DNA of 64,000 nt from Desulfurococcales archaeon (GCA_027083135.1 JALWQH010000054.1:6648-70647); one strand, 5' to 3'; numbered from the stretch's first letter, positions 37,304 through 45,207 are shown. Numbers and translations are program-made. Notes: generated by a model not told the origin, from the sequence alone.

Positions 37304-37607
37304 AATGCAGCAGCTAGTATTGGCAGTAGCGGCGCTCGGCTTCATGCTCTCAATATCCTACATATTCATAAAGAGCCTGCAGACCGTGGGCCCCTCAAGA
37401 GCATTCATACTCACACTAATGCTAGCAGACCTATTCTTAATCATGCTCATGTTATTGGGGCTGGACAGGCCCTGGAAAACACTATACCTGCGAGGCAAGC
37501 CAGCATGGACCATAACATACCTACAATTATTCTTGGTGGTGAAGATCCCCATAACGGCGTGGGCCACATGGAACAGGGAGCGCTTAAGGGAGGTACTGGG
37601 GGGATAA
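37296..37607 (+). CDS. small 3-TM membrane protein
   Basis: 103 aa (or 100 aa from the ATG at 37305) with three hydrophobic helices. Last gene before Int(N). Confidence 0.5.
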   Translation: MARMQQLVLAVAALGFMLSISYIFIKSLQTVGPSRAFILTLMLADLFLIMLMLLGLDRPWKTLYLRGKPAWTITYLQLFLVVKIPITAWATWNRERLREVLGG

Positions 37608-37610
37608 GCC

Positions 37611-37942
37611 ATGAGCGAGCAGCTTCATATAACAAGCCTACCTAGAATTATCCATGAAAATATAACAATCAGGCTCGGTGATACTGTGAACCCCTCGACA
37701 CGCTGGCTACTATTCATCTACGCCACCAAGGTGAAAGGCATACGCTACAAGCAGCTAGGCATAACCCCAGCCATGGGCAACATGATCAAAAACAGGCGGC
37801 GAGGCGTAAGCAACGAGTTACTCGAGCGGATACTAAGCATGCTCACCGCGAAAGATTTAATCGATCTGGCAATCGCATATCACGAATGGGAAAACGGGGC
37901 CCGTCGTCTAGCCTGGTTAGGACGCCGCCCTCACACGGCGGA
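37611..37942 (+). CDS. SSV-type integrase N-terminal fragment Int(N) (track ORF runs on through the tRNA to 38078)
   Basis: ATG at 37611. It reads into the att core in the same frame as Int(C) (..HEWENG-ARRLAWLGRRPHTA). 332 nt here plus 907 nt of Int(C) after the core gives 1239 nt, or 413 codons. Confidence 0.75.
37897..37942 (+). repeat. attR core (46 bp, part of the intact tRNA-Val(CAC))
   Basis: Identical to 21564-21609. Confidence 0.9.
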
Positions 37943-37974
37943 GGTCCGGGGTTCAAGTCCCCGCGGGCCCACCA
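37897..37974 (+). tRNA. tRNA-Val (anticodon CAC), intron-less; CCA encoded
   Basis: GGGCCCG-TC-GTCT-AGCCTGGTTA-GGAC-G-CCGCC-CTCACAC-GGCGG-AGGTC-CGGGG-TTCAAGT-CCCCG-CGGGCCC-A-CCA. Confidence 0.9.
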
Positions 37975-37977
37975 AGC

Positions 37978-38337
37978 CTATCTTAACGGAATTACTCTTA
38001 CGGTATTTCTGCGGACTACGATTAATTTGCCATAGGGATTCTCTATGGCTTCGAGAGCCGAGATTATTCGGTTCGTGATGTACTCCGGGTTCACTGGTGG
38101 GATTCGCATTAACATTACGCCCGGTATGTTGGGGTTAGTGAGGGCGATTCTCCCGAAGTCCTTGTCAAATGTTATAATTATCCTCTGGTCCCTTATCGAG
38201 AGTCGTACTACCTGCTCATCACTTAGCCCGGGATTTATTTCTCAGACGGATACTACGTCATAACCGGAGCTTCGGAGGGACTGAATGGTGGTTCTTGGAA
38301 TGTTCTCGTCTGCCAGGATTTTAGGCTTTGACGACAA
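37978..38337 (-). pseudogene. DUF5615/Mut7-C-like (PIN-like) putative toxin with in-frame TGA at codon 32
   Basis: My own translation from the TTG at 38337: MSSKPKILADENIPRTTIQSLRSSGYDVVSV-TGA(38242-38244)-EINPGLSDEQVVRLSIRDQRIIITFDKDFGRIALTNPNIPGVMLMRIPP..VIPLR-TAG(37978). Both halves are in the same frame. The LADENIP and ITFDKDFG motifs are typical of the DUF433 partner family. Confidence 0.55.
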
Positions 38338-38548
38338 CTTCCTCCCTCAGCACCCTTGCAGCATACTTTACCGCTGCTAACACATCCTCCCGTGTGAGGT
38401 GAGGGTATTCCTTTAGTATATCATCGATAGTCCACCCATTAGCAATAAGCTCCAATATGAAGTAAACCGGAATCCTCGTTCCTTTTATGACAGGCTTACC
38501 ACCCATAATTTTCGGGTTAACAACTATCCTTCCATCAACATTAGACAT
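38321..38548 (-). CDS. DUF433-family (antitoxin-like, HTH) protein
   Basis: IVVNPKIMGGKPVIKGTRIPVYFILELIANGWTIDDILKEYPHLTREDVLAAVKYA is the DUF433 pattern. Confidence 0.7.
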   Translation of the reverse strand: MSNVDGRIVVNPKIMGGKPVIKGTRIPVYFILELIANGWTIDDILKEYPHLTREDVLAAVKYAARVLREEVVVKA

Positions 38549-38794
38549 CAGTGCCTACCCTAGTTATATCTAGTAGGCTTAGCTCACTTAAACCTAGCTT
38601 ATCACAGTAACCAGTTGACATGCATATTTGATGGTAAATGATATCGCTTCAAATATACCTATTACTATTATCTTCTATGGAGTACATGCATATCACTGAT
38701 ATGCAAGAATACATATTCTCTTCGACAGTTGCCTAAGGCGATAAATGGTTAAGAGCCTCGAGCACTATCTAACCCTAGAGGAGGGGAACTGCCG

Positions 38795-39007
38795 TTGGCT
38801 GTAGGCAAAGAGGAGTTATTATACAGGGAGCTATGTGAGCTGAGGAGTATATTAGAGCGTATTGAGGCCTTATTGGAAGAGCGGCTTATCGGTATCGAGG
38901 AACCCCTACCAGACGAAGCTGAAGCGATAAGAGAGTATGAGGACGAGAAAAAGAAGGGAAAGGTAGAGCTAGTTGATTTGGAGGATGTCCTTAGGGAGCT
39001 AGAATGA
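38795..39007 (+). CDS. small acidic coiled-coil protein (antitoxin-like)
   Basis: TTG start. ..EEPLPDEAEAIREYEDEKKKGKVELVDLEDVLRELE. The overlapping ATGA opens only a 4-codon ORF, so no partner gene is present. Confidence 0.4.
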   Translation: MAVGKEELLYRELCELRSILERIEALLEERLIGIEEPLPDEAEAIREYEDEKKKGKVELVDLEDVLRELE

Positions 39008-39029
39008 CATCGTTCTAGGGACGTTTTCG

Positions 39030-39266
39030 TCAAGCAGGAATTGGTATGACACGCCTCTCCCTCCTAAGGAGCTCTGCTGCAAGCGCTATTGCCTCGAGAA
39101 TCATCTCCCTATTCAGCTGAGGATACTCCTCTAAAATCTCATCAATACTCGTACCGGATGCAATCATTTCAAGTACATCAGCTACCAGGACCCTAGTACC
39201 CCTAAAAACAGGTTTACCGTGGCAGACATTTGGATCTATCTCAATCCATTTGAACTTCCCCTTCAA
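39030..39266 (-). CDS. DUF433-family protein (second copy)
   Basis: IEIDPNVCHGKPVFRGTRVLVADVLEMIASGTSIDEILEEYPQLNREMILEAIALA. Confidence 0.7.
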   Translation of the reverse strand: MKGKFKWIEIDPNVCHGKPVFRGTRVLVADVLEMIASGTSIDEILEEYPQLNREMILEAIALAAELLRRERRVIPIPA

Positions 39267-39413
39267 ACCTAACTCCCAGGATTAATCGACTAGCCTAGCT
39301 CTCTTAAAGCTAGTCTAAGATACGGAGTAATCCCCATGCATATCTGATGGTGTTTGACGTTCTCCATGCTTGCTGCATGTATGGTGGTTTGAGCGCTGTT
39401 ATGGTGCTGTGCT

Positions 39414-40145
39414 TTAAGGCTTGCTTCTCCTAATGGTGTCGCTTGCTAGTAGTAGGAATGCTATGCCTAGTATTAGTGATATTGTGAATGATAGGGTTGG
39501 TGGGAGTATATCGTAGGTCCCCGTATAGGCGTATCTCACCGTCTCTGTCAGGTAGGTTAGAGGCTGTACGAGTACTACTGGGATCAGGTAGTGGGGCATG
39601 GATGATACTGGTATGATTATGTCTGAGAGAAACATCATTGGGAATCTCACCAGGTTGAATACAACCATTACTTGCTCAGGCTCTTTCACCAGGAATGATA
39701 GGAGTACTCCGAAGGTGGAGGAAGCGAATGCTGCCAGCACGGCTGCGACTACTAGGAGCAATGGATGCGCAGGCGGTACGCGGAGCACTGCCAGCGATAG
39801 GAGGAAGACGGGTACAACGGATATTACTCCTAGGAGGAAGCTGCTCAGAGACTTGCCTAGGGCTATGCACACATATGTTACCGGGAATAATAGTAGTCTT
39901 TCAAAAGACCCCATCCTCCTCTCAAAGACTATGGACATGGCTGACATCGATGTTGAGCCGAAGAATAATGCCAGCGCTATCATTCCAGGAGCCAGCCACT
40001 CCGTCAATCCCCCCCGCTTAGCCATGAAGGCTAGTGCAAATACGAATGGGAACAGTATGCCCCAGCTTATGGATCCAGGCTTCATATAGTATTCTCTGAG
40101 ATCTTTCAGAGCTATGTAAAACGACCTTGCGAACTCCTCGATCAT
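39414..40145 (-). CDS. ABC-2-type transporter permease
   Basis: 243 aa with 6 TM helices. Overlaps the upstream ATPase gene by 4 nt. Confidence 0.7.
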   Translation of the reverse strand: MIEEFARSFYIALKDLREYYMKPGSISWGILFPFVFALAFMAKRGGLTEWLAPGMIALALFFGSTSMSAMSIVFERRMGSFERLLLFPVTYVCIALGKSLSSFLLGVISVVPVFLLSLAVLRVPPAHPLLLVVAAVLAAFASSTFGVLLSFLVKEPEQVMVVFNLVRFPMMFLSDIIIPVSSMPHYLIPVVLVQPLTYLTETVRYAYTGTYDILPPTLSFTISLILGIAFLLLASDTIRRSKP

Positions 40146-41086
40146 TCCGCCTCACCAATTATCTTGAGGAATAGTTCCTCAGCATCCGCTCCCCTAAGCC
40201 TGAGCATGGATATGCTGAGGCCGCGGAGCCTAGCATACCGAGCCAAATCCTCTAAGGCTACCGTGGGGTCCGAGGCTATGATCTCCAGGTGATCCCCCCT
40301 AACCCTCACTTCTAGAACCCCCTTAACATTGCCTAGAATCTCCTCTTCACTAGGGTTGCGGGGATGGAAGCCGGCCTCAATAACCTCCTGGACGCTGAAC
40401 TTCCTGCTCAGCTCTCCTGGAGAGCCTATAGCCGTTATCCTCCCCTTATTGATCACCGCTATCCTGCTGGATATGTGGAAGGCCTCGTAAACATTATGCG
40501 TTGTGAGGAATATTGTTACGCCAGACTTGTTCAGCTCCCTCAGCTTGGACCAGAGCATCCGGCGGCTCATCACATCTAAACCCGAGGTAGGCTCGTCTAG
40601 GAACAATACTTTAGGATCATGCACGAGTGCGGCAGCTATTGCCAGCCTCCTCTTCAAACCCTTTGACAATGCCTTAAACTTCCTATTCCTTATCTCCCAG
40701 AGCCCGAAGAACTTCAAAACATCCTCAACACGCCTACGCGCAATGCTTCCCGGAACTCCGTACATTTTAGCTGAGAATAAGAGGTTCTGATAACATGTCA
40801 GCTCGAAGTACAGGTTAGAGACGTCTGGGACAACGCCGAACAAAGCTCTGGCACGCTTATAATCTCTGACCACATCATAGCCGCATATCCGTGCACTCCC
40901 ACTAGTAATCCTCGTAAGCCCGACCAGCATTCTGACAGTAGTAGTCTTCCCAGCCCCATTGGGGCCCAGGAAGCCGAATATCTCCCCCCTCCTCACACAG
41001 AATGATATGTGATCCACGGCAAGAGTTCCATCATAAATCTTAGTCAAACCCTCAACAGATACTGCACATCCCCCGCATTCAGTCAA
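40142..41086 (-). CDS. ABC transporter ATP-binding protein
   Basis: Walker A GPNGAGKTTT, signature LSKGLKRRL, Walker B VLFLDEPTSGLD, H-loop TTHN. Confidence 0.85.
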   Translation of the reverse strand: MTECGGCAVSVEGLTKIYDGTLAVDHISFCVRRGEIFGFLGPNGAGKTTTVRMLVGLTRITSGSARICGYDVVRDYKRARALFGVVPDVSNLYFELTCYQNLLFSAKMYGVPGSIARRRVEDVLKFFGLWEIRNRKFKALSKGLKRRLAIAAALVHDPKVLFLDEPTSGLDVMSRRMLWSKLRELNKSGVTIFLTTHNVYEAFHISSRIAVINKGRITAIGSPGELSRKFSVQEVIEAGFHPRNPSEEEILGNVKGVLEVRVRGDHLEIIASDPTVALEDLARYARLRGLSISMLRLRGADAEELFLKIIGEAE

Positions 41087-41423
41087 CCGCTCCTCCCCTC
41101 AGCCTCATCGACCCTAAGGCAGTATGAAGAAGCTAATCTAAAAAGGCTTTCTAAAAAATAATAATGCAAGCTGACATCTAAGCGCATAGATGCAATACTG
41201 TTACTATAGTCATATAAATAAAACAAAAAGCATGCATGCCACACTCGAATTCTACAATAGTACACGGCATATATGCATGGTAATTATGGGGATACAGGTT
41301 CTCTATATGCATGCGGGAGGCTTTCAGCAAAGACGTGAGGCCTAGTCTTTAGGCGAGGTGGGAATGACAGGCATGCCGGGATGTTTATAGGGGTGTTCCC
41401 CAACACTGTCTCGGCGATGAGGA

Positions 41424-42038
41424 ATGGGGGTGGCATATAGGGATATATACATGGTTACAGACGAGTTCGTCAACGCGTACATTATTGTGAGGGCCGGTGG
41501 AGTCATACTTATTGACACAGGCTTGGAGTCCACGTGGAGGCTTATCGAGGAGCTTTTATCATCGCTGGGCCTCTCCATGCAGGACATATCAGCGGTTATT
41601 CTAACCCATCATCACAGGGATCATGTAGGCAGCCTTAGGAGGATTGCCGAGGCCTCTGGGGCAAGGGTAGCAGCCCATGTGAATGAGGCCGAGCTGATCA
41701 GATCTGAGGCCGGCGTGGAGGTGGATGTGAAGCTGAGGGATGGAGACATGTTTCATGGATTAAAGGTGATCCACACGCCTGGCCACACTCCGGGCCACAT
41801 AGCCCTCCTAGACTATGAGACTAGATCGCTGTTCACAGGCGACCTAGTATATAAGCAGGATGGAGATCTCTACGAGATCCCTGAGAAATACTCGGTGGAT
41901 CCTGAGAGTAATAGGAGATCGATGGCAAGGCTCCTCGAACTCGACTTTGAGAATCTTATGCCATGTCATGGGAGACCCATCATAGGCCGCGGGAAGGAGA
42001 AGCTGGGGGAGCTTGCCGGACGACTGGGATTAATCTAA
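41424..42038 (+). CDS. MBL-fold metallo-hydrolase
   Basis: THHHRDHVG (HxHxDH) motif plus the downstream HTPGHTPGH. Confidence 0.75.
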   Translation: MGVAYRDIYMVTDEFVNAYIIVRAGGVILIDTGLESTWRLIEELLSSLGLSMQDISAVILTHHHRDHVGSLRRIAEASGARVAAHVNEAELIRSEAGVEVDVKLRDGDMFHGLKVIHTPGHTPGHIALLDYETRSLFTGDLVYKQDGDLYEIPEKYSVDPESNRRSMARLLELDFENLMPCHGRPIIGRGKEKLGELAGRLGLI

Positions 42039-42082
42039 GAATTACTTGGAGGATCCCTGTGCAGGTTATAGTTAGCTTTCAC

Positions 42083-42161
42083 TGTGGCAGGCGGTAGAAC
42101 CACCCTCCTCATACTACCCGCTGCTTCGGCGGTGTTGGAGGGTGAGCGGGCGCCGCCTGCC
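42083..42161 (-). ncRNA. H/ACA-box guide sRNA candidate (single hairpin)
   Basis: Minus strand: GGCAGGCGG-CGCCCGCU-CACCCUCC-AACA-CCGC-CGAAGCA-GCGG-GUAGUAUGA-GGAGGGUG-GUUCUA-CCGCCUGCC-ACA. This gives a 9-bp lower stem, an 8/6-nt internal pocket, an 8-bp upper stem, an apical element with GA/UGA, and ACA directly after the stem. The upper-stem base is 15 nt from ACA. It forms a GC-rich island in an intergenic gap. Confidence 0.6.
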
Positions 42162-42209
42162 GTGGATCAGCCTGTAGTGGTGGGGGGAGATAAGGGTTGC
42201 TTCACGGCC

Positions 42210-42509
42210 CTATGAGTGGTGGAGCCTAAGGGAGACTCCGAGCAGCTTGATCCTCACGGGATACTTGGCCATCAATTCTAGGAGATCACTGGTCTTACCT
42301 GTCTCGTGTAGTGCTGCTAGTAGGCGGAGCATCTGAGCAGGGCTTATGGGTCCTCCTCTAACGGCTATCTCCATGCCTTCAGGAGTGACCTCCACGTCTA
42401 GCGTGAGGCCTTGGGCTCTTAGAGTTGCCCTGAACTCGTAGTCCAGGCTTAGGGGCACAGCCTCCTCATTGATCCATGCTTTAGCAGTGATGGGCTCCGA
42501 GTCCTTCAT
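42210..42509 (-). CDS. hypothetical protein
   Basis: 99-aa ORF with an ATG start. No motif recognised. Confidence 0.35.
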   Translation of the reverse strand: MKDSEPITAKAWINEEAVPLSLDYEFRATLRAQGLTLDVEVTPEGMEIAVRGGPISPAQMLRLLAALHETGKTSDLLELMAKYPVRIKLLGVSLRLHHS

Positions 42510-42519
42510 CTCGCTCAGC

Positions 42520-42711
42520 CTAGGATGTGGCCCCGCTCTGAGGGAGGACTCTGAGGACAGCCTTACCGCTCACATTATGCAGCTCTAATTCAAGCACGCG
42601 TGGCAGCACCTTGGACATCTCCTCGGGCCCCAGTTTATCGGACACTGGGAGCAGTAGTTTAAGCAGCTCGTCGGGCAGCTCTATAGCCATTTCTACGCGT
42701 AGTTTGACCAT
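42520..42711 (-). CDS. hypothetical small protein
   Basis: 63-aa ORF lying 10 nt upstream of the previous gene. Confidence 0.3.
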   Translation of the reverse strand: MVKLRVEMAIELPDELLKLLLPVSDKLGPEEMSKVLPRVLELELHNVSGKAVLRVLPQSGATS

Positions 42712-42754
42712 TATGTTCCACCATCATATTATGATGAAAGCCTGGGCTAAAACA

Positions 42755-43231
42755 TCATCGTAGATGCGGTTGGCCTGCAAGCCTCTCCACATGCTCTAAC
42801 GCCAGGTCGGCATGCTTCTCAGCAGGCCTAATCTTCCTTAGAACAGCTCTAACCACATCCTCCCCATCTATGATGAACGTCGTCCTCTCTACTCCTACAC
42901 GCTTCCCCCTAGCCCTAAGCACACCGTACGTCTCGGATACCCTCCCCTCAGAGTCTGATAGGAGTGTGAAGCGGAGGTCCAGCTTCTCCCTGAATCTGGC
43001 TATCCTGGATACAGGATCCCTGCTCACACCTACCACCACTGCACCCAGACTATTGAACCTGTCCAGCAGCTCATTGAACCTCTCAGCCTCCCTGGTACAG
43101 CCTGATGTGAAGGCCCTGGGATAGAAGTATAAAACCACTATCCGCCCCCTCAGATCAGATAATCTGAGCCTTGAGCCGTCATGGGCTGGCAGCTCGAATT
43201 CTGGGGCCTTCCCACCGATATTCACCGCCAC
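42755..43231 (-). CDS. bcp: peroxiredoxin (Bcp-type thiol peroxidase)
   Basis: FYPRAFTSGCTREA peroxidatic Cys context. 158 aa. Confidence 0.8.
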   Translation of the reverse strand: MAVNIGGKAPEFELPAHDGSRLRLSDLRGRIVVLYFYPRAFTSGCTREAERFNELLDRFNSLGAVVVGVSRDPVSRIARFREKLDLRFTLLSDSEGRVSETYGVLRARGKRVGVERTTFIIDGEDVVRAVLRKIRPAEKHADLALEHVERLAGQPHLR

Positions 43232-43316
43232 GGCCGTGAACCTCCAAAATACTCATGGTGCATGAAGGCTCAAAACATTATTCCTAGATCACCATATTAT
43301 TTCAGGGGGGATCACT

Positions 43317-44057
43317 GTGGAGAGATACGTCTTCGTGACAGGTGGTTCGAGGGGGATTGGAAGGGCAGTTGTGCTCAGATTCTCCGAGCCTGGAGTGAGG
43401 GTTGCCTTCACCTATCACTCGAAGTTCAGGGAGGCTGAGGAGACTGCAAGGCTGGCTAGGGAGAGGGGGGCTGACCCCATGGTGGTGGAGATGGATGTAG
43501 GTGATCCTGAAAGCATAGGGGAGGCCTACAGGATCATATCCGAGCATTACCCCAGGCTAGACGTGCTGGTTAACAATGCAGGAATACTCAGCCTCAGCGG
43601 CCTTAGGGAGACAAGCCTGGAGGAGTGGGAGAGGGTGTTGAGAATAGATCTCACGGGAGTATTCCTTGTCACTAAGGCCTTCCTACCCCTGCTTGAGAAG
43701 GGTGTGGATCCAGTCATAGTTAACGTCTCAAGCCTTGCAGGCCAGACTGCAGGGGTTGCTGGGATAGCGTACCATGCAGCTAAGGCAGGGGTCATAGGGC
43801 TTACAAGGAAGCTGGCATTAGAGCTGGCCCCTAGGATAAGGGTTAACGCCGTGGCTCCCAGCTTCGTTGAGACAGATATGGTTTCAGAGTTCATTAATAC
43901 TCCTGAGAAGAGGAGGAGGGTTGAGGAGCTACACCCCCTTAGAAGAATATGTAGGCCTGAGGATGTGGCTGAGCTAGTATACTTCTTGGCAAGCCCCGCC
44001 TCATCCTTCATAACAGGGCAGACTATAGGGATAAATGGGGGGAGGCTGATATGCTAG
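43317..44057 (+). CDS. short-chain dehydrogenase/reductase (FabG-like)
   Basis: GTG start. VTGGSRGIGRAV, NNAG, and the catalytic motif YHAAKAG. Confidence 0.8.
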   Translation: MERYVFVTGGSRGIGRAVVLRFSEPGVRVAFTYHSKFREAEETARLARERGADPMVVEMDVGDPESIGEAYRIISEHYPRLDVLVNNAGILSLSGLRETSLEEWERVLRIDLTGVFLVTKAFLPLLEKGVDPVIVNVSSLAGQTAGVAGIAYHAAKAGVIGLTRKLALELAPRIRVNAVAPSFVETDMVSEFINTPEKRRRVEELHPLRRICRPEDVAELVYFLASPASSFITGQTIGINGGRLIC

Positions 44058-44075
44058 TGCTAGCATGAGTGGAGG

Positions 44076-44777
44076 CTACTCGGGCTCCACCATGCTTCCA
44101 ACACTCTCCCCGCCCAGCAGCCTGGCAAGGTTTTCAGGGTTGAAGCCGTTGATAACCGCCAGCCTTATCCTGCTTCTAAGCATTATCCTCATGGCTATGG
44201 GGTCTAGGAGCTCATACTTGCCTGCCTTATGGCTCTGCGTCCTGCTCAGAATCTTCACGAGCTCTGAGACCGTAACCCTGGGCAGCATCCTTGCATCAGG
44301 ATGAATCCTGGGATCCTTATCGTAGACCCCGTCCACCGTGCTACAATTGATTATCAGCTTCGAGCCTATAGCCTCCGCCAGGATCGCTGACACGGCATTA
44401 GTGCTCTGCCCAGGCTGAAAGCCGCCTGCAACCACTATCTTACCCGTAGACCAGAACGCCATGAACTCCTCCAAGCCCCTAGCCACAAGGGGATAAGCTT
44501 TCCCCCCTAAAGCCAGTGCCAGGAGATAAGCATTCATACGGGAGGCAGCTATACCTATAAGGTCCAGTATAGCCTCATTGCTGCCAAGCCTCCTAGCAGC
44601 ATTAATATACCTCCTAGCAACATGGCCTCCCCCAACAACGACAGCCACCCTGTAGCCCTCCTCCTCAAGCCTTCCAAGAATAGCGGCATAATCCTCCACG
44701 AGTTCAGGGTGATCAGGCGATATAAGCTTCCCAGAAATCTTAACCACTATCCTCTCCGCCCTGCCAGGATCCCCCAT
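44076..44777 (-). CDS. pyrH: uridylate (UMP) kinase, archaeal type
   Basis: Start set at the ATG at 44777 (MGDPGRAERIVVKISGKLI). VAVVVGGG motif. Amino-acid-kinase fold. Confidence 0.75.
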   Translation of the reverse strand: MGDPGRAERIVVKISGKLISPDHPELVEDYAAILGRLEEEGYRVAVVVGGGHVARRYINAARRLGSNEAILDLIGIAASRMNAYLLALALGGKAYPLVARGLEEFMAFWSTGKIVVAGGFQPGQSTNAVSAILAEAIGSKLIINCSTVDGVYDKDPRIHPDARMLPRVTVSELVKILSRTQSHKAGKYELLDPIAMRIMLRSRIRLAVINGFNPENLARLLGGESVGSMVEPE

Positions 44778-44880
44778 AATGCATCCCAACACCAAGTAGC
44801 ATCCGCCAGGCTTAAAGCCTACCCTTCAGCCCTGAAAACCTACAATAAGCGCCAATGCGGAGCAGAAAAAGGGTGACAAA

Positions 44881-45207
44881 ATGGAGAAATGGAAATGCCC
44901 CATATGCGGGAAAGAAGTAGTAGAGGGGCAAAGATTCGCACAAATAGGCGAAAACTACGCCCACATAGAATGCATTAGGAAAATAATAGCGGAGAAGAAG
45001 GAGAGCATACCCCTAGACCTTGAAGCATCCCTTGACACCCTCGAAGCAACACTATACGCGCTCATACGGACCAAGGAGGCGCTGAAATACTCCGTGAAAA
45101 GAGACGTGAAGGAAGTATTAGAGAAGCATCTCTCAATACTTGAGGATCAAGCCCTCATACTAAGCCTAGTTGTGGAGGGAGAGCTGAGGGACCACGGCAT
45201 CATATAA
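44881..45207 (+). CDS. small zinc-ribbon-like archaeal protein
   Basis: MEKWKCPICGKEV..YAHIECIRK, followed by a helical C-terminus. Confidence 0.5.
   Translation: MEKWKCPICGKEVVEGQRFAQIGENYAHIECIRKIIAEKKESIPLDLEASLDTLEATLYALIRTKEALKYSVKRDVKEVLEKHLSILEDQALILSLVVEGELRDHGII

Noticed and set aside
38045-38263. 72-aa plus-strand ORF right of tRNA-Val
   Set aside because: It is antisense to the much more convincing DUF5615-like reading frame (37978-38337, minus strand).
38749-39033. 94-aa Ser-rich minus-strand ORF downstream of the second DUF433 gene
   Set aside because: It is a low-complexity mirror image of the Glu-rich 70-aa plus-strand ORF (38795-39007). It has no DUF5615-like motifs.
42520-42711. 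Idea that the 63-aa and 99-aa minus-strand ORFs (42210-42711) are one gene split by a mutation
   Set aside because: There is no family signature spanning the junction, and the second ORF has its own ATG 10 nt after the first stop. The evidence is insufficient either way, so they are left as two hypothetical genes.
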